Positions 9,230-19,049 of a DNA stretch of 64,000 nt are shown here, one piece after another. A model generated the notes under the pieces. The model was not told where the DNA came from, searched no databases, and saw only the letters and a program-made list of their open reading frames with translations. Position 1 is the first letter of the stretch, and each line of letters begins with the position of its first letter. Source of the stretch: Chloroflexota bacterium (GTDB taxonomy: Bacteria > Chloroflexota > Dehalococcoidia > Lucifugimonadales > JADFKI01); the NCBI GenBank assembly GCA_027623195.1, contig JAQBUT010000004.1, positions 85,308 to 149,307 of the forward strand, written 5' to 3'. A program made the position numbers and the translations under genes.

Positions 9230-9946
9230 ATGAGAGTAAACAACGTTATTACGAAAATGCAGGCTGGCGAAAGGGCGCTCGGATGCAACTTTTCGTTCCC
9301 GTCAACAACGCTGATTGAATTGGCCTCCATGGCCGGATTCGATTTCGTCACGTTCGACAGCGAGCATGGCCCTTTCACGGTGGATATTCTGGACGACCTC
9401 TGTCGGCTCTCCTCTGCTCTGGGTTTGACGCCTATGGCAAGGGTGCCCAACATAGAGGACTCAACTATCCTTCGATTCCTGGACCGGGGTATTATGGGCA
9501 TTACAGGGCCGCACATCATAAACGGCGACCGAGCGAGGCAACTGGCAGGCGCCTGCCGATACGTGCCCAGGGGCAAGCGCAGCTTCGGATCGGGTCGTGG
9601 CGCGTATTACGGCGATTTTGAGTCAGGCCCAGCTTACATGGAGCATACCAACAACAACATCCTCGTCATTGCCCAGTTGGAGGATGCGGAAGTCCTCAAC
9701 AATATCGACGACATCTTGTCTGTGCAAGGCATCGACCTCTTTACGTCAGGGGCTCAGGACATCGCCCAGTCGATGGGATTGCAGGGGCAACCCAATCATC
9801 CCGACGTGCAAGCTTTTGAGGCCAAAGTAAAAGACCTCGTCCACGCTGCGGGCCGAAAGATGGCCGAAGACGTTATGGCGTCAGTCCGCGCCGCGAACCT
9901 GTTCCTGGACGGGTGCAAAGGCTACCTGGCCCAAAACCGACCCTGA
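9230..9946 (+). CDS. HpcH/HpaI aldolase family protein
   Basis: GFDFVTFDSEHG, ARVP, LDRG, QLE motifs. Confidence 0.9.
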   Translation: MRVNNVITKMQAGERALGCNFSFPSTTLIELASMAGFDFVTFDSEHGPFTVDILDDLCRLSSALGLTPMARVPNIEDSTILRFLDRGIMGITGPHIINGDRARQLAGACRYVPRGKRSFGSGRGAYYGDFESGPAYMEHTNNNILVIAQLEDAEVLNNIDDILSVQGIDLFTSGAQDIAQSMGLQGQPNHPDVQAFEAKVKDLVHAAGRKMAEDVMASVRAANLFLDGCKGYLAQNRP

Positions 9947-10018
9947 TCTCTAAGGCCAGTCTAAGTCGTCGCATTAGAGCAACTGACGTAACAGTTTGTG
10001 ATATAAGTCTGAGATTTG

Positions 10019-10096
10019 CCCCCATCCTAACCTTCCCCCGCGGCGGAGGAACGGACACAAATCCTCGCCCTGAGGGAGAGGATTGAGGTGAGGGGG
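10019..10096. repeat. REP-like inverted palindromic element
   Basis: CCCCCATCCTAACCTTCCCCC ... GGGAGAGGATTGAGGTGAGGGGG imperfect inverted arms, with internal hairpin AATCCTCGCCC-TGA-GGGAGAGGATT. Confidence 0.5.
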
Positions 10097-10144
10097 AAAC
10101 GCTGCGCCAACAACAAAGTATCGGAAACGTCGAAAGGACGAAAA

Positions 10145-12124
10145 ATGCGAAGCCAGGTCCGTCTAAATATTCAATCTCCAAAACCTTTTGCCGATGGGAT
10201 GGCCTTTGGCGACGTTGGGCCTTACGAGGCCATTGAGGGCAGCGTAGACTTCGCAATCGATCCAAACGACCTGGCCAACGCCGGCATCGTCGACCTGAAG
10301 CAGGCGCCTCGAAACGCGGAAGGCCTGGTGGAGTATTCGACTGAGTTTTACATTCTTCGGCCCGTCGACCTGGAACGTGGTAACGGCCGACTAATCTACG
10401 ACGTGAACAATCGCGGCAACAAGCGCATCCTGCAGTTCTTCAACGACGGAGTTCACAGCAACACGCCCATCACCGCAGAGAACGCGGGCAATGGATTTCT
10501 CATGAGGCGAGGCTACTCCATAGTGTGGTCGGGCTGGCAGGGAGATGTCCTTCCGATTGACAGCCAACTCTCCATGCGGCTACCCGTGGCCACGAATAAC
10601 GGCGTCTCCATCACAGGCGATGTACGCACCGAGTTCATCATAGAAACTCAAGGCGTCCAGTGCAGGCCATTGTCGGCAGCCGATTACGCGGACAGCTATC
10701 AGGCTGCCAACACGGACACTACCCTGGCAACCTTCACGATGCGGGAGTACCCGTACGACGAGAAGATCGTCATACCGTCGGACCAGTGGAGCTTCTCTCA
10801 GCTGGGCACAGACGGTAAGCTCACGGAATCCGCCAAGCATGTGTACCTGGCGAACGGCTTCCGACCCGGCTGGATTTACGACCTCATCTACACTGCCAAA
10901 GACCCCAAAGTCATGGGGCTGGGACTATCGGGCCTCCGAGACCTCACCTCTTTCCTGATGCACGACGGGCAGGACGAAAACGGCGTGCCCAATCCATTGA
11001 GGCAAGGGGAGACGGGAATGGATAAGGCCTACGCCTGGGGCCGTTCCCAAAGTGGCCGGTTCTTGCGGGAGTTCGTGTACAGGGGCTTCAATCAGGCTTG
11101 CGATGGCAGCAGGGTTTTCGACGCCATGTCGCCGCACGTAGCTGGGGGTGGACGCATCGTGCTGAATTACCGCTTCGCTCAACCGGACCGATTCCCACGA
11201 CAGCATTTCCATCACACCTACCCGTGCGACCAGTTCCCCTTCTCATACGCGGAGTCTACGGACGCTCTCACCGGCGAGACCGACGCCATTCTCAAGAGGC
11301 CAGAGACCGACCCGCTGATTATTCACACGCAGACCTCGGCGGAGTACTGGGAGCGACGAGCCTCGCTGTCCCACACTGATTCGCTGGGCAACGACCTGCC
11401 GCAGCCCGAAAACGTACGCATATTTTGCTTTGCTGGCTCGCAGCACAGCGCCGACCCGCTTGCCAAGGGACCGTCCCAGGGCAATCACCAGTACCCGTCC
11501 AATCCGCTGAACACGTCTCCCCTGCTCCGGGCGCTTCTGGACGCTCTCGACGCCTGGGCGACAGACGGCACGACTCCACCAGATAGCCGTGTTCCGAGTC
11601 GGTCCAACGAAACGGCCGTCCCAGCAGATGTGGCCAAAGCTAATTTCCCGAACGTTCCGGGGGTAACCCATCCAGTAAACGCCAACCGTCTGTTCGCACA
11701 AGACCACGGGCCGGACTTCAACAAGGGCATCATTGCTGAGCCGCCAAGGGAGGACGTTAGCAAGGAGTACCAGATTCTAGTGCCTCAGGTGGACGCCGAC
11801 GGCAACGAGCTTCCGGGCATACGCACACCGCAAATCCAGGTGCCTTTGGCCACGTACACCGGCTGGAATTATCGTCCTGTGGGCTCCGCAGAGAAAAGCC
11901 TGGCCGGACTCGTCGGCAGCTACCTCCCATTCGCTCGCACCAAGGCGGAACGCGACGAGACAGGAGACCACCGGCCCTCGTTAGAAGAGCGTTACGGCTC
12001 TAAGGAAACCTACGTGAAGGCCATCGAAAAGGCAGCGCAGAGCCTAGTCCAGCAGCGGCTCCTCCTCCAAGAGGACGCCGAAAGGTACGTGGCGTTGGCC
12101 AGGGCGCAAACCGTATTTGATTAA
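10145..12124 (+). CDS. Alpha/beta hydrolase domain protein
   Basis: GRSQSGRFLR nucleophile elbow, VNNRGNK, PQVDADGNE, YTGWN motifs; start at ATG 10145. Confidence 0.8.
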   Translation: MRSQVRLNIQSPKPFADGMAFGDVGPYEAIEGSVDFAIDPNDLANAGIVDLKQAPRNAEGLVEYSTEFYILRPVDLERGNGRLIYDVNNRGNKRILQFFNDGVHSNTPITAENAGNGFLMRRGYSIVWSGWQGDVLPIDSQLSMRLPVATNNGVSITGDVRTEFIIETQGVQCRPLSAADYADSYQAANTDTTLATFTMREYPYDEKIVIPSDQWSFSQLGTDGKLTESAKHVYLANGFRPGWIYDLIYTAKDPKVMGLGLSGLRDLTSFLMHDGQDENGVPNPLRQGETGMDKAYAWGRSQSGRFLREFVYRGFNQACDGSRVFDAMSPHVAGGGRIVLNYRFAQPDRFPRQHFHHTYPCDQFPFSYAESTDALTGETDAILKRPETDPLIIHTQTSAEYWERRASLSHTDSLGNDLPQPENVRIFCFAGSQHSADPLAKGPSQGNHQYPSNPLNTSPLLRALLDALDAWATDGTTPPDSRVPSRSNETAVPADVAKANFPNVPGVTHPVNANRLFAQDHGPDFNKGIIAEPPREDVSKEYQILVPQVDADGNELPGIRTPQIQVPLATYTGWNYRPVGSAEKSLAGLVGSYLPFARTKAERDETGDHRPSLEERYGSKETYVKAIEKAAQSLVQQRLLLQEDAERYVALARAQTVFD

Positions 12125-12157
12125 TTATTAAGGCAGCCGAATATTCGGAGGAATAAC

Positions 12158-12913
12158 ATGAGACTAGAGGGCAAAGTTGCGTTCATTAGTGGCGGGGCCA
12201 GGGGCATGGGAGCGGCTGAGGCTAAGCTATTCGCGAAGGAGGGTGCCAGCGTTGTCGTAGGCGACCTGCTGGACGAAGAAGGCAAGAAGCTGGAAGCGGA
12301 AATCAACGAGACTGGCGGACAATGCCTGTTTCTTCACCTAGACGTCACTAGCGAAGCCAACTGGAACGAGGCCGTGGCAGCCACAGTCCGACAGTTCGGC
12401 AAGCTGGACATCATGGTGAACAACGCCGGAATAGGCGGGACCGGCAGCAAGGTCGAGGACACCACTGTCGAGGAGTGGGACGAGACCATGAACATTAACG
12501 CCAAAGGTGTGTTCTTCGGCACCAAAGTTGCCATAGCCGAGATGCAGAAGACCGGAGGCGGGTCCATTATCAACATATCTTCACAGCTAGGCCTGGTTGG
12601 CACCGACATCAGCAGTCCGCAGTATCAGGCATCCAAGGGCGCGGTGAGGATATTCACCAAGGCGGCAGCAATCCAGTACGCCGCAGACGGTATCCGAGTC
12701 AACTCAGTTCACCCCGGACCCATCGTCACCGCTATGACGGAGCAACGCCGGTCTGAGCCGGAAAACTTCGCGCTGATGACCTCACGCATCCCCATGGGTC
12801 GGTTCGGACGACCGGAAGAGGTCGCCAACGGAGCCCTGTACCTGGCGTCCGACGAGTCCTCATACGTCACCGGGAGCGAACTGGTCATCGACGGCGGGTG
12901 GACAGCGCAGTAG
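12158..12913 (+). CDS. Short-chain dehydrogenase/reductase
   Basis: SGGARGMG, NNAG, YQASK, VNSVHPG. Confidence 0.93.
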   Translation: MRLEGKVAFISGGARGMGAAEAKLFAKEGASVVVGDLLDEEGKKLEAEINETGGQCLFLHLDVTSEANWNEAVAATVRQFGKLDIMVNNAGIGGTGSKVEDTTVEEWDETMNINAKGVFFGTKVAIAEMQKTGGGSIINISSQLGLVGTDISSPQYQASKGAVRIFTKAAAIQYAADGIRVNSVHPGPIVTAMTEQRRSEPENFALMTSRIPMGRFGRPEEVANGALYLASDESSYVTGSELVIDGGWTAQ

Positions 12914-12920
12914 GACGCGG

Positions 12921-12948
12921 AGCTTTCAGCCGGCAGCGATCGGCAACA
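12921..12948. repeat. Degenerate heptamer tandem array, left arm flanking the four-helix-bundle gene
   Basis: AGCTTTC-AGCCGGC-AGCGATC-GGCAACA. Confidence 0.55.
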
Positions 12949-12964
12949 AGGCTTATGCATAGAT

Positions 12965-13324
12965 ATGAGAGATTTCAAAACCTTAAAGGTATGGGAACGG
13001 AGCCATCAATTGACTCTGCCCGTCTATCAGGCAAGTGGCGGCTTTCCTAGGGAGGAAATTTATGGTTTGACCAGCCAGATGCGAAGAGCCTCAGCATCGA
13101 TTGCGGCAAACATCGCAGAAGGTTGCGGCAGAGGCAGTGAAGCCGATTTCGCCAGGTTTTTGCAGATGGCAGCGGGTTCAGCCAGCGAGTTGGAATATCA
13201 CGCGATCCTAGTGCGTGACCTCAAATTCCTCGACGGCCCAATATATGAAAACATCAACCAAGAGGTTACTCAAATTAAACGAACGCTTACCGCATTCATA
13301 AAAACGCTGAAAGCTGATGGCTAA
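12965..13324 (+). CDS. Four-helix-bundle protein (23S rRNA intervening-sequence protein family)
   Basis: F..LKVW, FP.EE.YGLTSQMRRAS.SI.ANIAEG.GR signature. Confidence 0.9.
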   Translation: MRDFKTLKVWERSHQLTLPVYQASGGFPREEIYGLTSQMRRASASIAANIAEGCGRGSEADFARFLQMAAGSASELEYHAILVRDLKFLDGPIYENINQEVTQIKRTLTAFIKTLKADG

Positions 13325-13340
13325 CGGCTAATAGCTAATT
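13306..13340. repeat. Degenerate heptamer tandem array, right arm, inverted relative to the left arm
   Basis: GCTGAAA-GCTGATG-GCTAACG-GCTAATA-GCTAATT; 13306-13315 is the exact reverse complement of 12921-12930. Confidence 0.65.
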
Positions 13341-13358
13341 TCTAATCCGGAGGATTGA

Positions 13359-14510
13359 ATGAAAATAACCGACATCAAAACTTATTTGGCACACCCTGGC
13401 AGAGGCAAGAACCTCTGCTTTGTGAAAATCGAAACGGATGAGGGCATCCACGGCTGGGGCGAGTGCTACACGCAGGCCGACCGCGATATACAGATCACAG
13501 CGCACGTCGACCAGCTAAAGCGCTACCTCATCGGGCGCGACCCCACGAACATCAAGCACTTTACACAGATGGTGTACGACGACTTCGCAGGCAGACGCGG
13601 GTCGATGGACTTGTATTGCGCCGTCAGCGGGCTGGACCACGCCATGCACGACGTTACCGGCAAGATGCTGGGAGTCCCGGTGCACAAGCTCATTGGCGGG
13701 GCCTGCCGAGACAAGATTCGTGTCTACGCCAACGGCTGGTCGGAGGGCGCCAAGACGCCTGAGGCCTTGGCGGAGAAGGCTCAGCAGGTGGTGGAGATGG
13801 GCTTCAACGCAATGAAGTTCGACCCCATCCCTGGTCCGTGGCGCACCTTCATCAACAAAGACGTGGAGCGCGCCGCCGTAAATAACGTCCGCGCGGTGCG
13901 GCAGGCGGTCGGCCCCGATGTGGACATCCTCATAGAGATGCACCGCAGGCTTGCTCCTATGCACGCCATCAAAATCGCGCGCGAGATCGAGCAGTACGAG
14001 CCCTTCTGGTACGAGGAGCCGGTGTTAGCAGAGAACATCGACGCACTGGCAGCAGCCAAACGACAAATCAACATACCGGTGGTCACCGGTGAAGAGTTGT
14101 ACACCAAGTTCGAGTTCCGCGAGGTCTTCGAGAAGCAGGCGGCCGACATCATCAACCCGGACGTCTGCAACGTGGGAGGCATTCTGGAGCTTAAGGAGAT
14201 CGGCGCAATGGCCGAGCCCTACTTCGTGGTGGTCTCCCCCCACAACTACAACAGCACAACTATAGGTCTGGCGGCGACTCTGCACGTATCGGCAGCCATG
14301 CCCAACTTCCTTATCACCGAGTACTTCGTGAGCCTGGAGGAGTTCGGCAAGCAAGTGGGTAATCCGCCGTTCCAGGTGGAGAATGGCTACATCAAATTGC
14401 CTACAACCCCTGGCCTAGGCATCGATCTAGACGAAGAGGCTCTGCTGAAATTCCCATACCAGCCATTCGCACCACGCTCGCCTCGCCAATACTATGAAGA
14501 GGGGCCGTAA
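13359..14510 (+). CDS. Enolase superfamily protein, galactonate dehydratase (DgoD)-like
   Basis: VKIETDEG..GWGE, VYANGW, KFDP, EMH, EEP, GEE, PHN motifs. Confidence 0.88.
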   Translation: MKITDIKTYLAHPGRGKNLCFVKIETDEGIHGWGECYTQADRDIQITAHVDQLKRYLIGRDPTNIKHFTQMVYDDFAGRRGSMDLYCAVSGLDHAMHDVTGKMLGVPVHKLIGGACRDKIRVYANGWSEGAKTPEALAEKAQQVVEMGFNAMKFDPIPGPWRTFINKDVERAAVNNVRAVRQAVGPDVDILIEMHRRLAPMHAIKIAREIEQYEPFWYEEPVLAENIDALAAAKRQINIPVVTGEELYTKFEFREVFEKQAADIINPDVCNVGGILELKEIGAMAEPYFVVVSPHNYNSTTIGLAATLHVSAAMPNFLITEYFVSLEEFGKQVGNPPFQVENGYIKLPTTPGLGIDLDEEALLKFPYQPFAPRSPRQYYEEGP

Positions 14511-14546
14511 GATTTCTTTGACCGTCGATATTCAGGAGACGAAATT

Positions 14547-14750
14547 ATGAATGAAAAGACTGGCCTCTCATCGGAAGAATTTGCCACGCTGGTTCGACGT
14601 GCGGGCATGACCATGAATGAGGCCGAGCTAGAACACCTGAAACCCATGTACGAGCATTTCGCGGACTCGGTTCAGCAGATGCACCTGCTGGACCTCGGCA
14701 TGGAGGACCTGGCGGTGACGTACATACCGAACTGGGAACCACTGGTTTAG
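14547..14750 (+). CDS. Small GatC/AtzG-like amidase accessory protein
   Basis: 67 aa acidic helical protein, AGGAG RBS, directly upstream of the amidase. Confidence 0.6.
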   Translation: MNEKTGLSSEEFATLVRRAGMTMNEAELEHLKPMYEHFADSVQQMHLLDLGMEDLAVTYIPNWEPLV

Positions 14751-14783
14751 CCGAAGGCTCATCAACAAGAAAAGGGAAAAGCC

Positions 14784-16178
14784 ATGACAGAATTGCACTA
14801 CCTGACAATACCACAGGCGGGAAAGCTACTAAAGTCCGGCGAGCTATCGCCTGTGGAGTTGACCAGGGCCTTCTTGGAGCGCATCGACGCACTGGACTCC
14901 AAGTTAGAGGCCTACATCACGGTCATGTACGACAGCGCCATGGTGGAGGCCCGTAACGCCGAGGCAGAAATCCTGCGCGGGGAGTACCGAGGCCCGCTGC
15001 ATGGGATTCCTATCGCGCTGAAGGATCTTTACGACACCAAGGGCGTGCGTACAACTGCCAGTTCCAAAGTCATGGCCGACCGTGTGCCCACGGAAGACGC
15101 CACCACCACGGCGAAGCTTAGTCAAGCGGGCGCTGTGTTACTGGGCAAGCTGGCCATGCACGAGTTCGCGCTTGGCGGGCCCGATCCTACAAACGGGTTC
15201 CCACTGGCCAAGAATCCCTGGAACCTGGACCACATTCCGGGCGGCTCCAGCAGCGGTTCGGGAACGGCTATTGCAGCGGGGCTGGCCATGGGTACGCTAG
15301 GCTCATGCACTGGAGGCTCCATACGAGGCCCGGCAGCATACTGCGGCATTGCGGGTATCAAGGCGACCTACGGCAGAGTGAGCCGTTACGGTGTCGTGCC
15401 GTTGAGTTGGAGCCTCGACCACTGCGGCCCATTGACGTGGACTGTGGAGGACTCAGCCATCATGCTGCAGGCCATCGCCGGTCACGACCCCAAAGACCCG
15501 ACCTCCAGCCGTGCGCCGGTGCCTGACTACACGGCATCGTTGCGGGAGGACGTGAAGGGCCTGCGAATCGGCGTACCCCGGCATTTCTTCTTTGCCGAAG
15601 ACGACCGGATTAATAGCGAGGTAAAGACCGTCGCCGACGCGGCCATCCGCACCTTCGAGGCCATGGGGGCCACTATCGTAGATGTCTCAGCCCCTATGTT
15701 GGATCACGCAGGAGCCGCGCAACCAGTCATTATGCTAAGCGAGGCATTCGCATACCACCGTAACAACCTTATCAACAAGCCCGAGCTATTCGGCGACATG
15801 GTGCGGGCGCGTTTCCGTACAGGCGGTCTTTTCTCCTCAGCTGATTACGTGCAGGCGCAGCGAGTACGCAACGTTCTTAAGCGTGAGTTTGCAGAGATCC
15901 TGCAGGGTGTGGATGTAGTGATGTCGCCTACTATGTCCACCACAGCCCCAGCGTTCGAAGGTATCGACGCCATGACCACGTCACGTTCGCCTAGCTTCAC
16001 GGGGCCTTACAACCTGACGGGCATGCCGGCCATTTCGGTGCCATGCGGCTTTACGTCGGCTGGACTGCCCGTCGGCCTGCAAATCGCAGGCAAGCCCTTC
16101 GACGAGCCAACGGTGTTTCGGGCCGCCTACACCTACCAGCAGCAGGCCAAGTTCTACGAAACGCGGCCGGTGGTGTAA
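14784..16178 (+). CDS. Amidase signature family protein (GatA/AtzE-like)
   Basis: GIPIALKD, PGGSSSGS, GSCTGGSIRGPA (Ser-cisSer-Lys triad intact). Confidence 0.92.
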   Translation: MTELHYLTIPQAGKLLKSGELSPVELTRAFLERIDALDSKLEAYITVMYDSAMVEARNAEAEILRGEYRGPLHGIPIALKDLYDTKGVRTTASSKVMADRVPTEDATTTAKLSQAGAVLLGKLAMHEFALGGPDPTNGFPLAKNPWNLDHIPGGSSSGSGTAIAAGLAMGTLGSCTGGSIRGPAAYCGIAGIKATYGRVSRYGVVPLSWSLDHCGPLTWTVEDSAIMLQAIAGHDPKDPTSSRAPVPDYTASLREDVKGLRIGVPRHFFFAEDDRINSEVKTVADAAIRTFEAMGATIVDVSAPMLDHAGAAQPVIMLSEAFAYHRNNLINKPELFGDMVRARFRTGGLFSSADYVQAQRVRNVLKREFAEILQGVDVVMSPTMSTTAPAFEGIDAMTTSRSPSFTGPYNLTGMPAISVPCGFTSAGLPVGLQIAGKPFDEPTVFRAAYTYQQQAKFYETRPVV

Positions 16179-16238
16179 GCGCTTACCTCTGCTGTTGTGG
16201 TATGGGTTCGCGCCGAGCAGGCTCTTTGCCAGGAATTA

Positions 16239-16972
16239 TTACTGGCCGCGCCTCAACGTCATGGTGGCTAGGGATATGAAAATAGCGCCAAACACGCCCA
16301 GCGCGGCGATATCTACCATGACGTCACCGAGGCCGTCGCCCTTAAGCATGATGTTCTGAATTCCATCAACTGCGTAGGTCAGTGGCAACATCTGCGCAAA
16401 GACTTCAAGAGGTGTAGGCATCTGTCGGACGGGAACTATAACGCCCAGTAAGAATATCTGTGGAATGATAATGATAGGTATGAATTGCATCACCTGGAAT
16501 TCATTTCGCGTAAAGGTGGATATGAATATGCCCAGGCTTACTCCCACAATTGAGAGCATGAACAGGAACACAATGACTTCCGCCAGGTTTCCTCGATAAC
16601 CTATCTGCAATATGAAAATGGAAAAAAGTAATTCCAAAATAGATTGAATCGCGGCGAATAACAGGAAGCCCAACATATAGCCAACCATGATATCCCCACG
16701 TCCAACAGGCGTTGTTACAGTCGCTCCAGCGTGCCCTGCGCACGCTCCCGGAGAAAGGTAACTCCCGTAAGCAAGAAGGAAAAGAACAGTACGAAGACGG
16801 CCAGTAATGCGGGGGTTATGTGGTTCAAAACGGCCCTGTGACTACTTAGCCCAAATCCCACAAGAGCCATGACAATAATCGGAGCAATTAGTATCAGGGC
16901 GAGTGAGCGGCGGTCCTTGAGGATCTGGTGAACCAGAGGCTTGGCAATTGCCAGCGTGCTAAGAGGATCCAA
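16239..16972 (-). pseudogene. ABC-2 type permease split by a 1-bp frameshift near 16717
   Basis: RERAQGTLERL-TAA; adding one base restores ...LERLxTTPVGRGDIMVGY in frame with the 16239..16688 ORF. Confidence 0.8.
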
Positions 16973-17714
16973 TCGACTTGCTCTCCCTCACAAAATACAG
17001 GAACACTTCCTCCAGCGACGCGTTTGGGTTGCCTGTGGCCGCCTTTAGCCCGGATGGACTGCCATCGGCAACTATATGTCCTTCTTGTAGGAATACAAGC
17101 CGGTCGCAATGGGCAGCATCATCCATGGTGTGGCTGGAAAGCACGAGTGTTGAGCCCTGGTCGGCGAGTTCTCGAAAATGCTGCCAGAACGAGGCTCTAA
17201 GCTCAGGGTCGAGACCCACCGTTGGTTCGTCCAGCATAAGAAGAGAAGGACTGTGTACGAGTGCAATAGCAAGGCTTACACGCTGCCTCATGCCCCCGCT
17301 AAGGCTCAGCACAGAATCCCGACGACGTTCCGTGAGTCCAACGGTTGCGATAGTGCGTTCCACGGCCTGTTGCCTGGCGCGTTTGTCGAACGAACCGTAC
17401 ATGCTTGCAAAAAAGTCGACGTTTTCCTGGACGGAAAGCTCTTGGTACACGGCGCTAAGCTGAGGCATGTAACCGATACGTTCGGCGAATTTAGTTGACG
17501 GCCTCTCGCCAAACACTTGAACAGAGCCCGAATTCGGCTTCAGCAAACCCACAATCAATTTCAGGAGCGTGGTCTTTCCTGAACCATTGGCCTCCAAGAG
17601 CCCGAATATCTGACCAGTGGGTATTTCGATTGACAGGTGGTTTAGAACCAGACGCTTTCCATAGCTGAAAATCACATCGTTGACACTGATCGCAGGGCCT
17701 TGATGGATACTCAA
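16959..17714 (-). CDS. ABC transporter ATP-binding protein (Walker A first Gly replaced by Glu)
   Basis: LLEANGSGKTT, LSGGMRQR, LMLDEPT, SSH switch. Confidence 0.85.
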   Translation of the reverse strand: MSIHQGPAISVNDVIFSYGKRLVLNHLSIEIPTGQIFGLLEANGSGKTTLLKLIVGLLKPNSGSVQVFGERPSTKFAERIGYMPQLSAVYQELSVQENVDFFASMYGSFDKRARQQAVERTIATVGLTERRRDSVLSLSGGMRQRVSLAIALVHSPSLLMLDEPTVGLDPELRASFWQHFRELADQGSTLVLSSHTMDDAAHCDRLVFLQEGHIVADGSPSGLKAATGNPNASLEEVFLYFVRESKSIGSS

Positions 17715-17758
17715 CTTTTCATATCCTTCTCGAGGGATTCGTCAGAGGCGAACGTCAT

Positions 17759-18127
17759 TTACGAGGCTTTCTCAGGCTGCTGTAGCAGTTGCAACGTATT
17801 GCCGTCGGGGTCAAGTAATGTGGCGACCCATCCGCCCCAATGCTCCTGCTCAGGTGGGCGCACGAACTCCACGCCCTTGGCTGAAAGAGTCTTGTAGGCG
17901 TTCTGGATATCCTCAGTGCCCAGATTAATCATCACCCGCTCCGGCTCCACGGTCCTGCCGCTCACATGCTCGTGAGTGCCTATGCTGAACCTCACCTCGC
18001 CCAACTGGAAGGCAACGAAGTAGGGGCGCACTGAGTGCACGGGAAAGCTCATCGTGTCTCTGTAGAACTCCGTCATCTCGTCCAACCTGTCCGTCCAGAT
18101 GATGACGCCGACAACTCCATCTATCAT
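17759..18127 (-). CDS. VOC/glyoxalase family protein
   Basis: FYRDTM, GVEF..PP...WGG...DPDGN.LQL. Confidence 0.88.
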   Translation of the reverse strand: MIDGVVGVIIWTDRLDEMTEFYRDTMSFPVHSVRPYFVAFQLGEVRFSIGTHEHVSGRTVEPERVMINLGTEDIQNAYKTLSAKGVEFVRPPEQEHWGGWVATLLDPDGNTLQLLQQPEKAS

Positions 18128-18417
18128 ATCGATTTCCTTTGCTTATTCATGAATACGATGGTTAGTCCAAACATCATGTTATTTGCCAATAGCCGGTCGG
18201 TCAATCCGGCGGTCAGCGGGGGCGGATCAACCAAGAAACACACAAATTCAACTCATAGGTTATTTCCAAATACCGGATTTGCAGTTATAATGGCACTTGG
18301 AGACATGGATGTTGATGATGACAGTTTTTGGTTGGGTCTCTAGAAAGGAGGATGTTACATTGGATAGACGTACGGGGGGGTGCCCCAGGTAGGTGTTCCC
18401 TTGGGCACCTTCTTAAC

Positions 18418-18457
18418 GTAAAGGCCCGTTCGCTCAGTCGGACGGGCCTTTACTTTT
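18418..18457. terminator. Intrinsic terminator hairpin
   Basis: GTAAAGGCCCGTTCG-CTCAGT-CGGACGGGCCTTTAC-TTTT. Confidence 0.7.
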
Positions 18458-18585
18458 GTCTGGATTACGGGCAGGCCACGCTTGAAACAAGGGGCTTAGG
18501 CCTGCCAGAGGAGATCAAATCCAGTGAACGATTGGCACGGAAGCCATCCATTTTGGGAAACTTCAGTCGTATAGGCCGGTTGAAA

Positions 18586-18960
18586 TTAATCCGGCAGCTT
18601 GGTTGACTGCCAGGCCACCATCTGCCAACCGTCGTTCCTCTGCACCCAGACGTCGGTGAATCGCACGCCGAAGTCCAGCTTCTGGCCACGCGTGGAGACC
18701 TTGAACCGTGCTGTGCCTGTTACCACTCCTGACGAACCGTAAACCCTAGCTTCCACATCCGCCGGGGTAATAGAGTCGAAGGTAGTGGCACCAACCTCCA
18801 TGCCCCCTATCAGGCTCTGCTTGGTGTCTACCCTGGCTGACGAATGAAAGTAGCTGAGCTCATCAGCGAGTAGGGCATTCAGCGTAGTCACGTCCCCACC
18901 AACCATGGCATTCATACGACTTGCGTCAAGATCAATTAATGTCTGCTCTGTTCCTGGCAT
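18586..18960 (-). CDS. NTF2-like (DUF4440) protein
   Basis: LLADELSYFHSS...RFTDVWV...WQMVAWQST. Confidence 0.85.
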   Translation of the reverse strand: MPGTEQTLIDLDASRMNAMVGGDVTTLNALLADELSYFHSSARVDTKQSLIGGMEVGATTFDSITPADVEARVYGSSGVVTGTARFKVSTRGQKLDFGVRFTDVWVQRNDGWQMVAWQSTKLPD

Positions 18961-19049
18961 TCTACATTTCCCCTTCCGATAATATTTTCCCCCATTCGGT
19001 CTCCGATCACTGGCCTACCGTTAACGCATGGGTCTAAAATCTCTATTGT

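Noticed and set aside
14784..16178. gatA of Glu-tRNA amidotransferase
   Set aside because: No gatB; HEFA-type motif and catabolic context fit a general amidase
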